Source of the DNA: the human T2T-CHM13v2.0 reference genome, Homo sapiens
Direction: 5' to 3' (one strand)
Length of the DNA stretch: 64,000 nt
NCBI RefSeq assembly: GCF_009914755.1
Contig: NC_060937.1
Translations under genes and position numbers: made by a program
Notes under the pieces: generated by a model
Seen by the model: only the letters and a program-made list of their open reading frames with translations
Database searches by the model: none
Told to the model about the DNA's origin: nothing
Shown: one piece after another, positions 25,969 to 38,716 of the stretch
Layout of the letters: each line of letters begins with the position of its first letter
How positions within the stretch are numbered: the first letter of the stretch is position 1

Positions 25969-28900
25969 GTGTTTCAAACCTGCTCTATGAAAGGGAATCT
26001 TCAACTCTATGAGTTGAATGCAGACATCAGAAAGAAATTTCTGAGAATGCTGCTGTCTACCTTTTATTTGAATTCCCGCTTCCAACGAAATCCTCCAAGC
26101 TATCCAAATATCCACTTGCAGATTCCACAAAAAGAGTGTTTCAAAACTGCTCTCTATCAATGGCAAAGTTCAACTCTGTTAGTTGAGGACACATATCACC
26201 AACAAGTTTCTGAGAATGCTTCTGTCTATTTTTTATGGGAAGATATTTCCTTTTTCACCGTAGGCGTCAAGGCGATCGAAATGTCCACTTCCACAAACTA
26301 CAAAAAGAGTGTTTCAAACCTGCTCTATGAAAGGCCATGTTCATCTCTATGAGTCGAATGGAAATATCCGAAAGAAATTTCTGGGAATGCTGCTGTCTAG
26401 TTTTTATACGAATTCCCGCTTCCAACGAAATCCTCAAAGCAATCCAAATATCCACTTGCAGAATCCACAAAAAGAGTGTTTCAAAACTGCTCTATCAATA
26501 GAAAGGTTCAACTCTTTTAGTTGAGTACACACATCACAAACAAGTTTCTGAGAATGCTTCTGTCTGGCTTTTATTGGAAGACGTTTCCTTTTCACCAAAG
26601 GCATCAAAGCGCTCCAAATGTCCACTTCCAGATTCTTCCAAAAGAGTGTTTGAAACGTGCTCAAAGTAAGGGAATGTTCAACTCTGTGACTTGAATGCAG
26701 ATATCACCAAGTAGTTTCTAATAGTGCTTCTGTCTAGATTTTAGATGATGATATTCCCGTTTCCAACGAAATCGTTAGAGCTATCCAAATATCCACTTAC
26801 AGTTTCTACAAAAAGAGTGTTTCCAAACTGCTGCATCAAAAGAAAGGTTCAACTCTGTTAGTTGAGGACACACGTCACAAAGAAGTTTGTGAGAATGCTT
26901 CTGTCTAGATTTTGTATGACGATATTCCCTTTTCCAACGATATCATTAAAGCAATCTAAATATCCATTTGCAGAATCCACAAAAATAGAGTTTCAAAGCT
27001 GCTCTGTAAAAAGAAAGGTTCCACTCTGTTAGCTGAGTACACACATCACAAACTTGTTTCTCAGAATCCTTCTGTGTCGTTTTTCTGGGAAGATATTTAC
27101 TTTTTCACCGTAGGCATCAAAGCGCTCCAAATGTCCACATCCAGATACTCCAGAAAGAGTGTTTCAAACCTGCTCTATGAAAGGGAATCTTCAACTCTAT
27201 GAGTTGAATGCAGACATCAGAAAGAAATTTCTGAGAATGCTGCTGTCTACCTTTTATTTGAATTCCCGCTTCCAACGAAATCCTCCAAGCTATCCAAATA
27301 TCCACTTGCAGATTCCACAAAAAGAGTGTTTCAAAACTGCTCTCTATCAATGGCAAAGTTCAACTCTGTTAGTTGAGGACACATATCACCAACAAGTTTC
27401 TGAGAATGCTTCTGTCTATTTTTTATGGGAAGATATTTCCTTTTTCACCGTAGGCGTCAAGGCGATCGAAATGTCCACTTCCACAAACTACAAAAAGAGT
27501 GTTTCAAACCTGCTCTATGAAAGGCCATGTTCATCTCTATGAGTCGAATGGAAATATCCGAAAGAAATTTCTGGGAATGCTGCTGTCTAGTTTTTATACG
27601 AATTCCCGCTTCCAACGAAATCCTCAAAGCAATCCAAATATCCACTTGCAGAATCCACAAAAAGAGTGTTTCAAAACTGCTCTATCAATAGAAAGGTTCA
27701 ACTCTTTTAGTTGAGTACACACATCACAAACAAGTTTCTGAGAATGCTTCTGTCTGGCTTTTATTGGAAGACGTTTCCTTTTCACCAAAGGCATCAAAGC
27801 GCTCCAAATGTCCACTTCCAGATTCTTCCAAAAGAGTGTTTGAAACGTGCTCAAAGTAAGGGAATGTTCAACTCTGTGACTTGAATGCAGATATCACCAA
27901 GTAGTTTCTAATAGTGCTTCTGTCTAGATTTTAGATGATGATATTCCCGTTTCCAACGAAATCGTTAGAGCTATCCAAATATCCACTTACAGTTGCTACA
28001 AAAACAGTGTTTCCAAACTGCTGCATCAAAAGAAAGGTTCAACTCTGTTAGTTGAGGACACACGTCACAAAGAAGTTTGTGAGAATGCTTCTGTCTAGAT
28101 TTTGTATGACGATATTCCCTTTTCCAACGATATCGTTAAAGCAATCTAAATATCCATTTGCAGAATCCACAAAAATAGAGTTTCAAAGCTGCTCTGTAAA
28201 AAGAAAGGTTCCACTCTGTTAGCTGAGTACACACATCACAAACTTGTTTCTCAGAATCCTTCTGTCTCGTTTTTCTGGGAAGATATTTACTTTTTCACCG
28301 TAGGCATCAAAGCGCTCCAAATGTCCACATCCAGATACTCCAGAAAGAGTGTTTCAAACCTGCTCTATGAAAGGGAATCTTCAACTCTATGAGTTGAATG
28401 CAGACATCAGAAAGAAATTTCTGAGAATGCTGCTGTCTACCTTTTATTTGAATTCCCGCTTCCAACGAAATCCTCCAAGCTATCCAAATATCCACTTGCA
28501 GATTCCACAAAAAGAGTGTTTCAAAACTGCTCTCTATCAATGGCAAAGTTCAACTCTGTTAGTTGAGGACACATATCACCAACAAGTTTCTGAGAATGCT
28601 TCTGTCTATTTTTTATGGGAAGATATTTCCTTTTTCACCGTAGGCGTCAAGGCGATCGAAATGTCCACTTCCACAAACTACAAAAAGAGTGTTTCAAACC
28701 TGCTCTATGAAAGGCCATGTTCATCTCTATGAGTCGAATGGAAATATCCGAAAGAAATTTCTGGGAATGCTGCTGTCTAGTTTTTATACGAATTCCCGCT
28801 TCCAACGAAATCCTCAAAGCAATCCAAATATCCACTTGCAGAATCCACAAAAAGAGTGTTTCAAAACTGCTCTATCAATAGAAAGGTTCAACTCTTTTAG

Positions 28901-29538
28901 TTGAGTACACACATCACAAACAAGTTTCTGAGAATGCTTCTGTCTGGCTTTTATTGGAAGACGTTTCCTTTTCACCAAAGGCATCAAAGCGCTCCAAATG
29001 TCCACTTCCAGATTCTTCCAAAAGAGTGTTTGAAACGTGCTCAAAGTAAGGGAATGTTCAACTCTGTGACTTGAATGCAGATATCACCAAGTAGTTTCTA
29101 ATAGTGCTTCTGTCTAGATTTTAGATGATGATATTCCCGTTTCCAACGAAATCGTTAGAGCTATCCAAATATCCACTTACAGTTTCTACAAAAAGAGTGT
29201 TTCCAAACTGCTGCATCAAAAGAAAGGTTCAACTCTGTTAGTTGAGGACACACGTCACAAAGAAGTTTGTGAGCATGCTTCTGTCTAGATTTTGTATGAC
29301 GATATTCCCTTTTCCAGCGATATCATTAAAGCAATCTAAATATCCATTTGCAGAATCCACAAAAATAGAGTTTCAAAGCTGCTCTGTAAAAAGAAAGGTT
29401 CCACTCTGTTAGCTGAGTACACACATCACAAACTTGTTTCTCAGAATCCTTCTGTCTCGTTTTTATGGGAAGATATTTACTTTTTCACCGTAGGCATCAA
29501 AGCGCTCCAAATGTCCACATCCAGATACTCCAGAAAGA

Positions 29539-30218
29539 GTGTTTCAAACCTGCTCTATGAAAGGGAATCTTCAACTCTATGAGTTGAATGCAGACATCAG
29601 AAAGAAATTTCTGAGAATGCTGCTGTCTACCTTTTATTTGAATTCCCGCTTCCAACGAAATCCTCCAAGCTATCCAAATATCCACCTGCATTTTCCACAA
29701 AAAGAGCGTTTCAAAACTGCTCTATCAATAGAAATGTTCAACTCCTTTGGCTGGGTACACACATCACAAACAAGTTTCTGAGAATGCTTCTGTCTAGTTT
29801 TTATGGGAAGACATTCCCTTTTTCACCAAAGGCATCAAAGCGCTCCAAATGTCCACTTCCAGACACTACAAAAAGAGTGTTTCCAACGTGCTCTAAGAAA
29901 GCGAATGTTCAACTCTGTGACTTGAAAGCAGATATCACAAAGTAGTTTCTGAGAGGGCTTCTGTCTAGATTTTAGATGATGATATTCCCGTTTCCAACGA
30001 AATCATTAGAGCTATCCAAATATCCACTTACAGTTTCTACAAAAAGAGTGTTTCCAAACTGCTGCATCAAAAGAGAGGTTCCACTCTGTTAGCTGAGTAC
30101 ACACATCACAAACTTGTTTCTCAGAATCCTTCTGTCTCGTTTTTCTGGGAAGATATTTACTTTTTCACCGTAGGCATCAAAGCGCTCCAAATGTCCACAT
30201 CCAGATACTCCAGAAAGA
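29539..30218 (-). repeat. 4-monomer block, 680-bp haplotype
   Basis: 680-bp period shift; private SNP at 29927. Confidence 0.9.
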
Positions 30219-32598
30219 GTGTTTCAAACCTGCTCTATGAAAGGGAATCTTCAACTCTATGAGTTGAATGCAGACATCAGAAAGAAATTTCTGAGAATGC
30301 TGCTGTCTACCTTTTATTTGAATTCCCGCTTCCAACGAAATCCTCCAAGCTATCCAAATATCCACTTGCAGATTCCACAAAAAGAGTGTTTCAAAACTGC
30401 TCTCTATCAATGGCAAAGTTCAACTCTGTTAGTTGAGGACACATATCACCAACAAGTTTCTGAGAATGCTTCTGTCTATTTTTTATGGGAAGATATTTCC
30501 TTTTTCACCGTAGGCGTCAAGGCGATCGAAATGTCCACTTCCACAAACTACAAAAAGAGTGTTTCAAACCTGCTCTATGAAAGGCCATGTTCATCTCTAT
30601 GAGTCGAATGGAAATATCCGAAAGAAATTTCTGGGAATGCTGCTGTCTAGTTTTTATACGAATTCCCGCTTCCAACGAAATCCTCAAAGCAATCCAAATA
30701 TCCACTTGCAGAATCCACAAAAAGAGTGTTTCAAAACTGCTCTATCAATAGAAAGGTTCAACTCTTTTAGTTGAGTACACACATCACAAACAAGTTTCTG
30801 AGAATGCTTCTGTCTGGCTTTTATTGGAAGACGTTTCCTTTTCACCAAAGGCATCAAAGCGCTCCAAATGTCCACTTCCAGATTCTTCCAAAAGAGTGTT
30901 TGAAACGTGCTCAAAGTAAGGGAATGTTCAACTCTGTGACTTGAATGCAGATATCACCAAGTAGTTTCTAATAGTGCTTCTGTCTAGATTTTAGATGATG
31001 ATATTCCCGTTTCCAACGAAATCGTTAGAGCTATCCAAATATCCACTTACAGTTGCTACAAAAACAGTGTTTCCAAACTGCTGCATCAAAAGAAAGGTTC
31101 AACTCTGTTAGTTGAGGACACACGTCACAAAGAAGTTTGTGAGAATGCTTCTGTCTAGATTTTGTATGACGATATTCCCTTTTCCAACGATATCGTTAAA
31201 GCAATCTAAATATCCATTTGCAGAATCCACAAAAATAGAGTTTCAAAGCTGCTCTGTAAAAAGAAAGGTTCCACTCTGTTAGCTGAGTACACACATCACA
31301 AACTTGTTTCTCAGAATCCTTCTGTCTCGTTTTTCTGGGAAGATATTTACTTTTTCACCGTAGGCATCAAAGCGCTCCAAATGTCCACATCCAGATACTC
31401 CAGAAAGAGTGTTTCAAACCTGCTCTATGAAAGGGAATCTTCAACTCTATGAGTTGAATGCAGACATCAGAAAGAAATTTCTGAGAATGCTGCTGTCTAC
31501 CTTTTATTTGAATTCCCGCTTCCAACGAAATCCTCCAAGCTATCCAAATATCCACTTGCAGATTCCACAAAAAGAGTGTTTCAAAACTGCTCTCTATCAA
31601 TGGCAAAGTTCAACTCTGTTAGTTGAGGACACATATCACCAACAAGTTTCTGAGAATGCTTCTGTCTATTTTTTATGGGAAGATATTTCCTTTTTCACCG
31701 TAGGCGTCAAGGCGATCGAAATGTCCACTTCCACAAACTACAAAAAGAGTGTTTCAAACCTGCTCTATGAAAGGCCATGTTCATCTCTATGAGTCGAATG
31801 GAAATATCCGAAAGAAATTTCTGGGAATGCTGCTGTCTAGTTTTTATACGAATTCCCGCTTCCAACGAAATCCTCAAAGCAATCCAAATATCCACTTGCA
31901 GAATCCACAAAAAGAGTGTTTCAAAACTGCTCTATCAATAGAAAGGTTCAACTCTTTTAGTTGAGTACACGCATCACAAACAAGTTTCTGAGAATGCTTC
32001 TGTCTGGCTTTTATTGGAAGACGTTTCCTTTTCACCAAAGGCATCAAAGCGCTCCAAATGTCCACTTCCAGATTCTTCCAAAAGAGTGTTTGAAACGTGC
32101 TCAAAGTAAGGGAATGTTCAACTCTGTGACTTGAATGCAGATATCACCAAGTAGTTTCTAATAGTGCTTCTGTCTAGATTTTAGATGATGATATTCCCGT
32201 TTCCAACGAAATCGTTAGAGCTATCCAAATATCCACTTACAGTTTCTACAAAAAGAGTGTTTCCAAACTGCTGCATCAAAAGAAAGGTTCAACTCTGTTA
32301 GTTGAGGACACACATCACAAAGAAGTTTGTGAGAATGCTTCTGTCTAGATTTTGTATGACCATATTCCCTTTTCCAGCGATATCATTAAAGCAATCTAAA
32401 TATCCATTTGCAGAATCCACAAAAATAGAGTTTCAAAGCTGCTCTGTAAAAAGAAAGGTTCCACTCTGTTAGCTGAGTACACACATCACAAACTTGTTTC
32501 TCAGAATCCTTCTGTCTCGTTTTTCTGGGAAGATATTTACTTTTTCACCGTAGGCATCAAAGCGCTCCAAATGTCCACATCCAGATACTCCAGAAAGA

Positions 32599-33276
32599 GT
32601 GTTTCAAACCTGCTCTATGAAAGGGAATCTTCAACTCTATGAGTTGAATGCAGACATCAGAAAGAAATTTCTGAGAATGCTGCTGTCTACCTTTTATTTG
32701 AACTCCCGCTTCCAACGAAATCCTCCAAGCTATCCAAATATCCACTTGCATTTTCCACAAAAAGAGTGCTTCAAAACTGCTCTATCAATAAATGTTCAAC
32801 TCCTTTAGCTGGGTGCACACATCACAAACAAGTTTCTGAGAATGCTTCTGTCTAGTTTTTATGGGAAGACATTCCCTTTTTCACCAAAGGCATCAAAGCG
32901 CTCCAAATGTCCACTTCCAGACACTACAAAAAGAGTGTTTCCAACGTGCTCTAAGAAAGCGAATGTTCAACTCTGTGACTTGAATGCAGATATCACAAAG
33001 TAGTTTCTGAGAGGGCTTCTGTCTAGATTTTAGATGATGATATTCCCGTTTCCAACGAAATCATTAGAGCTATCCAAATATCCACTTACAGTTTCTACAA
33101 AAAGAGTGTTTCCAAACTGCTGCATCAAAAGAGAGGTTCCACTCTGTTAGCTGAGTACACACATCACAAACTTGTTTCTGAGAATCCTTCTGTGTCGTTT
33201 TTCTGGGAAGATATTTACTTTTTCACCGTAGGCATCAAAGCGCTCCAAATGTCCACATCCAGATACTCCAGAAAGA
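32599..33276 (-). repeat. 4-monomer block, 678-bp haplotype (mosaic)
   Basis: Has the 2-bp deletion and gaactcc (32703), but carries gatgatgata rather than the gatgattata of the other 678-bp copies. Confidence 0.88.
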
Positions 33277-36200
33277 GTGTTTCAAACCTGCTCTATGAAA
33301 GGGAATCTTCAACTCTATGAGTTGAATGCAGACATCAGAAAGAAATTTCTGAGAATGCTGCTGTCTACCTTTTATTTGAATTCCCGCTTCCAACGAAATC
33401 CTCCAAGCTATCCAAATATCCACTTGCAGATTCCACAAAAAGAGTGTTTCAAAACTGCTCTCTATCAATGGCAAAGTTCAACTCTGTTAGTTGAGGACAC
33501 ATATCACCAACAAGTTTCTGAGAATGCTTCTGTCTATTTTTTATGGGAAGATATTTCCTTTTTCACCGTAGGCGTCAAGGCGATCGAAATGTCCACTTCC
33601 ACAAACTACAAAAAGAGTGTTTCAAACCTGCTCTATGAAAGGCCATGTTCATCTCTATGAGTCGAATGGAAATATCCGAAAGAAATTTCTGGGAATGCTG
33701 CTGTCTAGTTTTTATACGAATTCCCGCTTCCAACGAAATCCTCAAAGCAATCCAAATATCCACTTGCAGAATCCACAAAAAGAGTGTTTCAAAACTGCTC
33801 TATCAATAGAAAGGTTCAACTCTTTTAGTTGAGTACACACATCACAAACAAGTTTCTGAGAATGCTTCTGTCTGGCTTTTATTGGAAGACGTTTCCTTTT
33901 CACCAAAGGCATCAAAGCGCTCCAAATGTCCACTTCCAGATTCTTCCAAAAGAGTGTTTGAAACGTGCTCAAAGTAAGGGAATGTTCAACTCTGTGACTT
34001 GAATGCAGATATCACCAAGTAGTTTCTAATAGTGCTTCTGTCTAGATTTTAGATGATGATATTCCCGTTTCCAACGAAATCGTTAGAGCTATCCAAATAT
34101 CCACTTACAGTTGCTACAAAAACAGTGTTTCCAAACTGCTGCATCAAAAGAAAGGTTCAACTCTGTTAGTTGAGGACACACGTCACAAAGAAGTTTGTGA
34201 GAATGCTTCTGTCTAGATTTTGTATGACGATATTCCCTTTTCCAACGATATCGTTAAAGCAATCTAAATATCCATTTGCAGAATCCACAAAAATAGAGTT
34301 TCAAAGCTGCTCTGTAAAAAGAAAGGTTCCACTCTGTTAGCTGAGTACACACATCACAAACTTGTTTCTCAGAATCCTTCTGTCTCGTTTTTCTGGGAAG
34401 ATATTTACTTTTTCACCGTAGGCATCAAAGCGCTCCAAATGTCCACATCCAGATACTCCAGAAAGAGTGTTTCAAACCTGCTCTATGAAAGGGAATCTTC
34501 AACTCTATGAGTTGAATGCAGACATCAGAAAGAAATTTCTGAGAATGCTGCTGTCTACCTTTTATTTGAATTCCCGCTTCCAACGAAATCCTCCAAGCTA
34601 TCCAAATATCCACTTGCAGATTCCACAAAAAGAGTGTTTCAAAACTGCTCTCTATCAATGGCAAAGTTCAACTCTGTTAGTTGAGGACACATATCACCAA
34701 CAAGTTTCTGAGAATGCTTCTGTCTATTTTTTATGGGAAGATATTTCCTTTTTCACCGTAGGCGTCAAGGCGATCGAAATGTCCACTTCCACAAACTACA
34801 AAAAGAGTGTTTCAAACCTGCTCTATGAAAGGCCATGTTCATCTCTATGAGTCGAATGGAAATATCCGAAAGAAATTTCTGGGAATGCTGCTGTCTAGTT
34901 TTTATACGAATTCCCGCTTCCAACGAAATCCTCAAAGCAATCCAAATATCCACTTGCAGAATCCACAAAAAGAGTGTTTCAAAACTGCTCTATCAATAGA
35001 AAGGTTCAACTCTTTTAGTTGAGTACACACATCACAAACAAGTTTCTGAGAATGCTTCTGTCTGGCTTTTATTGGAAGACGTTTCCTTTTCACCAAAGGC
35101 ATCAAAGCGCTCCAAATGTCCACTTCCAGATTCTTCCAAAAGAGTGTTTGAAACGTGCTCAAAGTAAGGGAATGTTCAACTCTGTGACTTGAATGCAGAT
35201 ATCACCAAGTAGTTTCTAATAGTGCTTCTGTCTAGATTTTAGATGATGATATTCCCGTTTCCAACGAAATCGTTAGAGCTATCCAAATATCCACTTACAG
35301 TTGCTACAAAAACAGTGTTTCCAAACTGCTGCATCAAAAGAAAGGTTCAACTCTGTTAGTTGAGGACACACGTCACAAAGAAGTTTGTGAGAATGCTTCT
35401 GTCTAGATTTTGTATGACGATATTCCCTTTTCCAACGATATCGTTAAAGCAATCTAAATATCCATTTGCAGAATCCACAAAAATAGAGTTTCAAAGCTGC
35501 TCTGTAAAAAGAAAGGTTCCACTCTGTTAGCTGAGTACACACATCACAAACTTGTTTCTCAGAATCCTTCTGTCTCGTTTTTCTGGGAAGATATTTACTT
35601 TTTCACCGTAGGCATCAAAGCGCTCCAAATGTCCACATCCAGATACTCCAGAAAGAGTGTTTCAAACCTGCTCTATGAAAGGGAATCTTCAACTCTATGA
35701 GTTGAATGCAGACATCAGAAAGAAATTTCTGAGAATGCTGCTGTCTACCTTTTATTTGAATTCCCGCTTCCAACGAAATCCTCCAAGCTATCCAAATATC
35801 CACTTGCAGATTCCACAAAAAGAGTGTTTCAAAACTGCTCTCTATCAATGGCAAAGTTCAACTCTGTTAGTTGAGGACACATATCACCAACAAGTTTCTG
35901 AGAATGCTTCTGTCTATTTTTTATGGGAAGATATTTCCTTTTTCACCGTAGGCGTCAAGGCGATCGAAATGTCCACTTCCACAAACTACAAAAAGAGTGT
36001 TTCAAACCTGCTCTATGAAAGGCCATGTTCATCTCTATGAGTCGAATGGAAATATCCGAAAGAAATTTCTGGGAATGCTGCTGTCTAGTTTTTATACGAA
36101 TTCCCGCTTCCAACGAAATCCTCAAAGCAATCCAAATATCCACTTGCAGAATCCACAAAAAGAGTGTTTCAAAACTGCTCTATCAATAGAAAGGTTCAAC

Positions 36201-38036
36201 TCTTTTAGTTGAGTACACACATCACAAACAAGTTTCTGAGAATGCTTCTGTCTGGCTTTTATTGGAAGACGTTTCCTTTTCACCAAAGGCATCAAAGCGC
36301 TCCAAATGTCCACTTCCAGATTCTTCCAAAAGAGTGTTTGAAACGTGCTCAAAGTAAGGGAATGTTCAACTCTGTGACTTGAATGCAGATATCACCAAGT
36401 AGTTTCTAATAGTGCTTCTGTCTAGATTTTAGATGATGATATTCCCGTTTCCAACGAAATCGTTAGAGCTATCCAAATATCCACTTACAGTTGCTACAAA
36501 AACAGTGTTTCCAAACTGCTGCATCAAAAGAAAGGTTCAACTCTGTTAGTTGAGGACACACGTCACAAAGAAGTTTGTGAGAATGCTTCTGTCTAGATTT
36601 TGTATGACGATATTCCCTTTTCCAACGATATCGTTAAAGCAATCTAAATATCCATTTGCAGAATCCACAAAAATAGAGTTTCAAAGCTGCTCTGTAAAAA
36701 GAAAGGTTCCACTCTGTTAGCTGAGTACACACATCACAAACTTGTTTCTCAGAATCCTTCTGTCTCGTTTTTCTGGGAAGATATTTACTTTTTCACCGTA
36801 GGCATCAAAGCGCTCCAAATGTCCACATCCAGATACTCCAGAAAGAGTGTTTCAAACCTGCTCTATGAAAGGGAATCTTCAACTCTATGAGTTGAATGCA
36901 GACATCAGAAAGAAATTTCTGAGAATGCTGCTGTCTACCTTTTATTTGAATTCCCGCTTCCAACGAAATCCTCCAAGCTATCCAAATATCCACTTGCAGA
37001 TTCCACAAAAAGAGTGTTTCAAAACTGCTCTCTATCAATGGCAAAGTTCAACTCTGTTAGTTGAGGACACATATCACCAACAAGTTTCTGAGAATGCTTC
37101 TGTCTATTTTTTATGGGAAGATATTTCCTTTTTCACCGTAGGCGTCAAGGCGATCGAAATGTCCACTTCCACAAACTACAAAAAGAGTGTTTCAAACCTG
37201 CTCTATGAAAGGCCATGTTCATCTCTATGAGTCGAATGGAAATATCCGAAAGAAATTTCTGGGAATGCTGCTGTCTAGTTTTTATACGAATTCCCGCTTC
37301 CAACGAAATCCTCAAAGCAATCCAAATATCCACTTGCAGAATCCACAAAAAGAGTGTTTCAAAACTGCTCTATCAATAGAAAGGTTCAACTCTTTTAGTT
37401 GAGTACACACATCACAAACAAGTTTCTGAGAATGCTTCTGTCTGGCTTTTATTGGAAGACGTTTCCTTTTCACCAAAGGCATCAAAGCGCTCCAAATGTC
37501 CACTTCCAGATTCTTCCAAAAGAGTGTTTGAAACGTGCTCAAAGTAAGGGAATGTTCAACTCTGTGACTTGAATGCAGATATCACCAAGTAGTTTCTAAT
37601 AGTGCTTCTGTCTAGATTTTAGATGATGATATTCCCGTTTCCAACGAAATCGTTAGAGCTATCCAAATATCCACTTACAGTTTCTACAAAAAGAGTGTTT
37701 CCAAACTGCTGCATCAAAAGAAAGGTTCAACTCTGTTAGTTGAGGACACACGTCACAAAGAAGTTTGTGAGAATGCTTCTGTCTAGATTTTGTATGACCA
37801 TATTCCCTTTTCCAGCGATATCATTAAAGCAATCTAAATATCCATTTGCAGAATCCACAAAAATAGAGTTTCAAAGCTGCTCTGTAAAAAGAAAGGTTCC
37901 ACTCTGTTAGCTGAGTACACACATCACAAACTTGTTTCTCAGAATCCTTCTGTCTCGTTTTTCTGGGAAGATATTTACTTTTTCACCGTAGGCATCAAAG
38001 CGCTCCAAATGTCCACATCCAGATACTCCAGAAAGA

Positions 38037-38716
38037 GTGTTTCAAACCTGCTCTATGAAAGGGAATCTTCAACTCTATGAGTTGAATGCAGACATCAGAA
38101 AGAAATTTCTGAGAATGCTGCTGTCTACCTTTTATTTGAATTCCCGCTTCCAACGAAATCCTCCAAGCTATCCAAATATCCACCTGCATTTTCCACAAAA
38201 AGAGCGTTTCAAAACTGCTCTATCAATAGAAATGTTCAACTCCTTTGGCTGGGTACACACATCACAAACAAGTTTCTGAGAATGCTTCTGTCTAGTTTTT
38301 ATGGGAAGACATTCCCTTTTTCACCAAAGGCATCAAAGCGCTCCAAATGTCCACTTCCAGACACTACAAAAAGAGTGTTTCCAACGTGCTCTAAGAAAGC
38401 GAATGTTCAACTCTGTGACTTGAATGCAGATATCACAAAGTAGTTTCTGAGAGGGCTTCTGTCTAGATTTTAGATGATGATATTCCCGTTTCCAACGAAA
38501 TCATTAGAGCTATCCAAATATCCACTTACAGTTTCTACAAAAAGAGTGTTTCCAAACTGCTGCATCAAAAGAGAGGTTCCACTCTGTTAGCTGAGTACAC
38601 ACATCACAAACTTGTTTCTCAGAATCCTTCTGTCTCGTTTTTCTGGGAAGATATTTACTTTTTCACCGTAGGCATCAAAGCGCTCCAAATGTCCACATCC
38701 AGATACTCCAGAAAGA
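38037..38716 (-). repeat. 4-monomer block, 680-bp haplotype
   Basis: 680-bp period shift and diagnostic SNPs. Confidence 0.9.
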
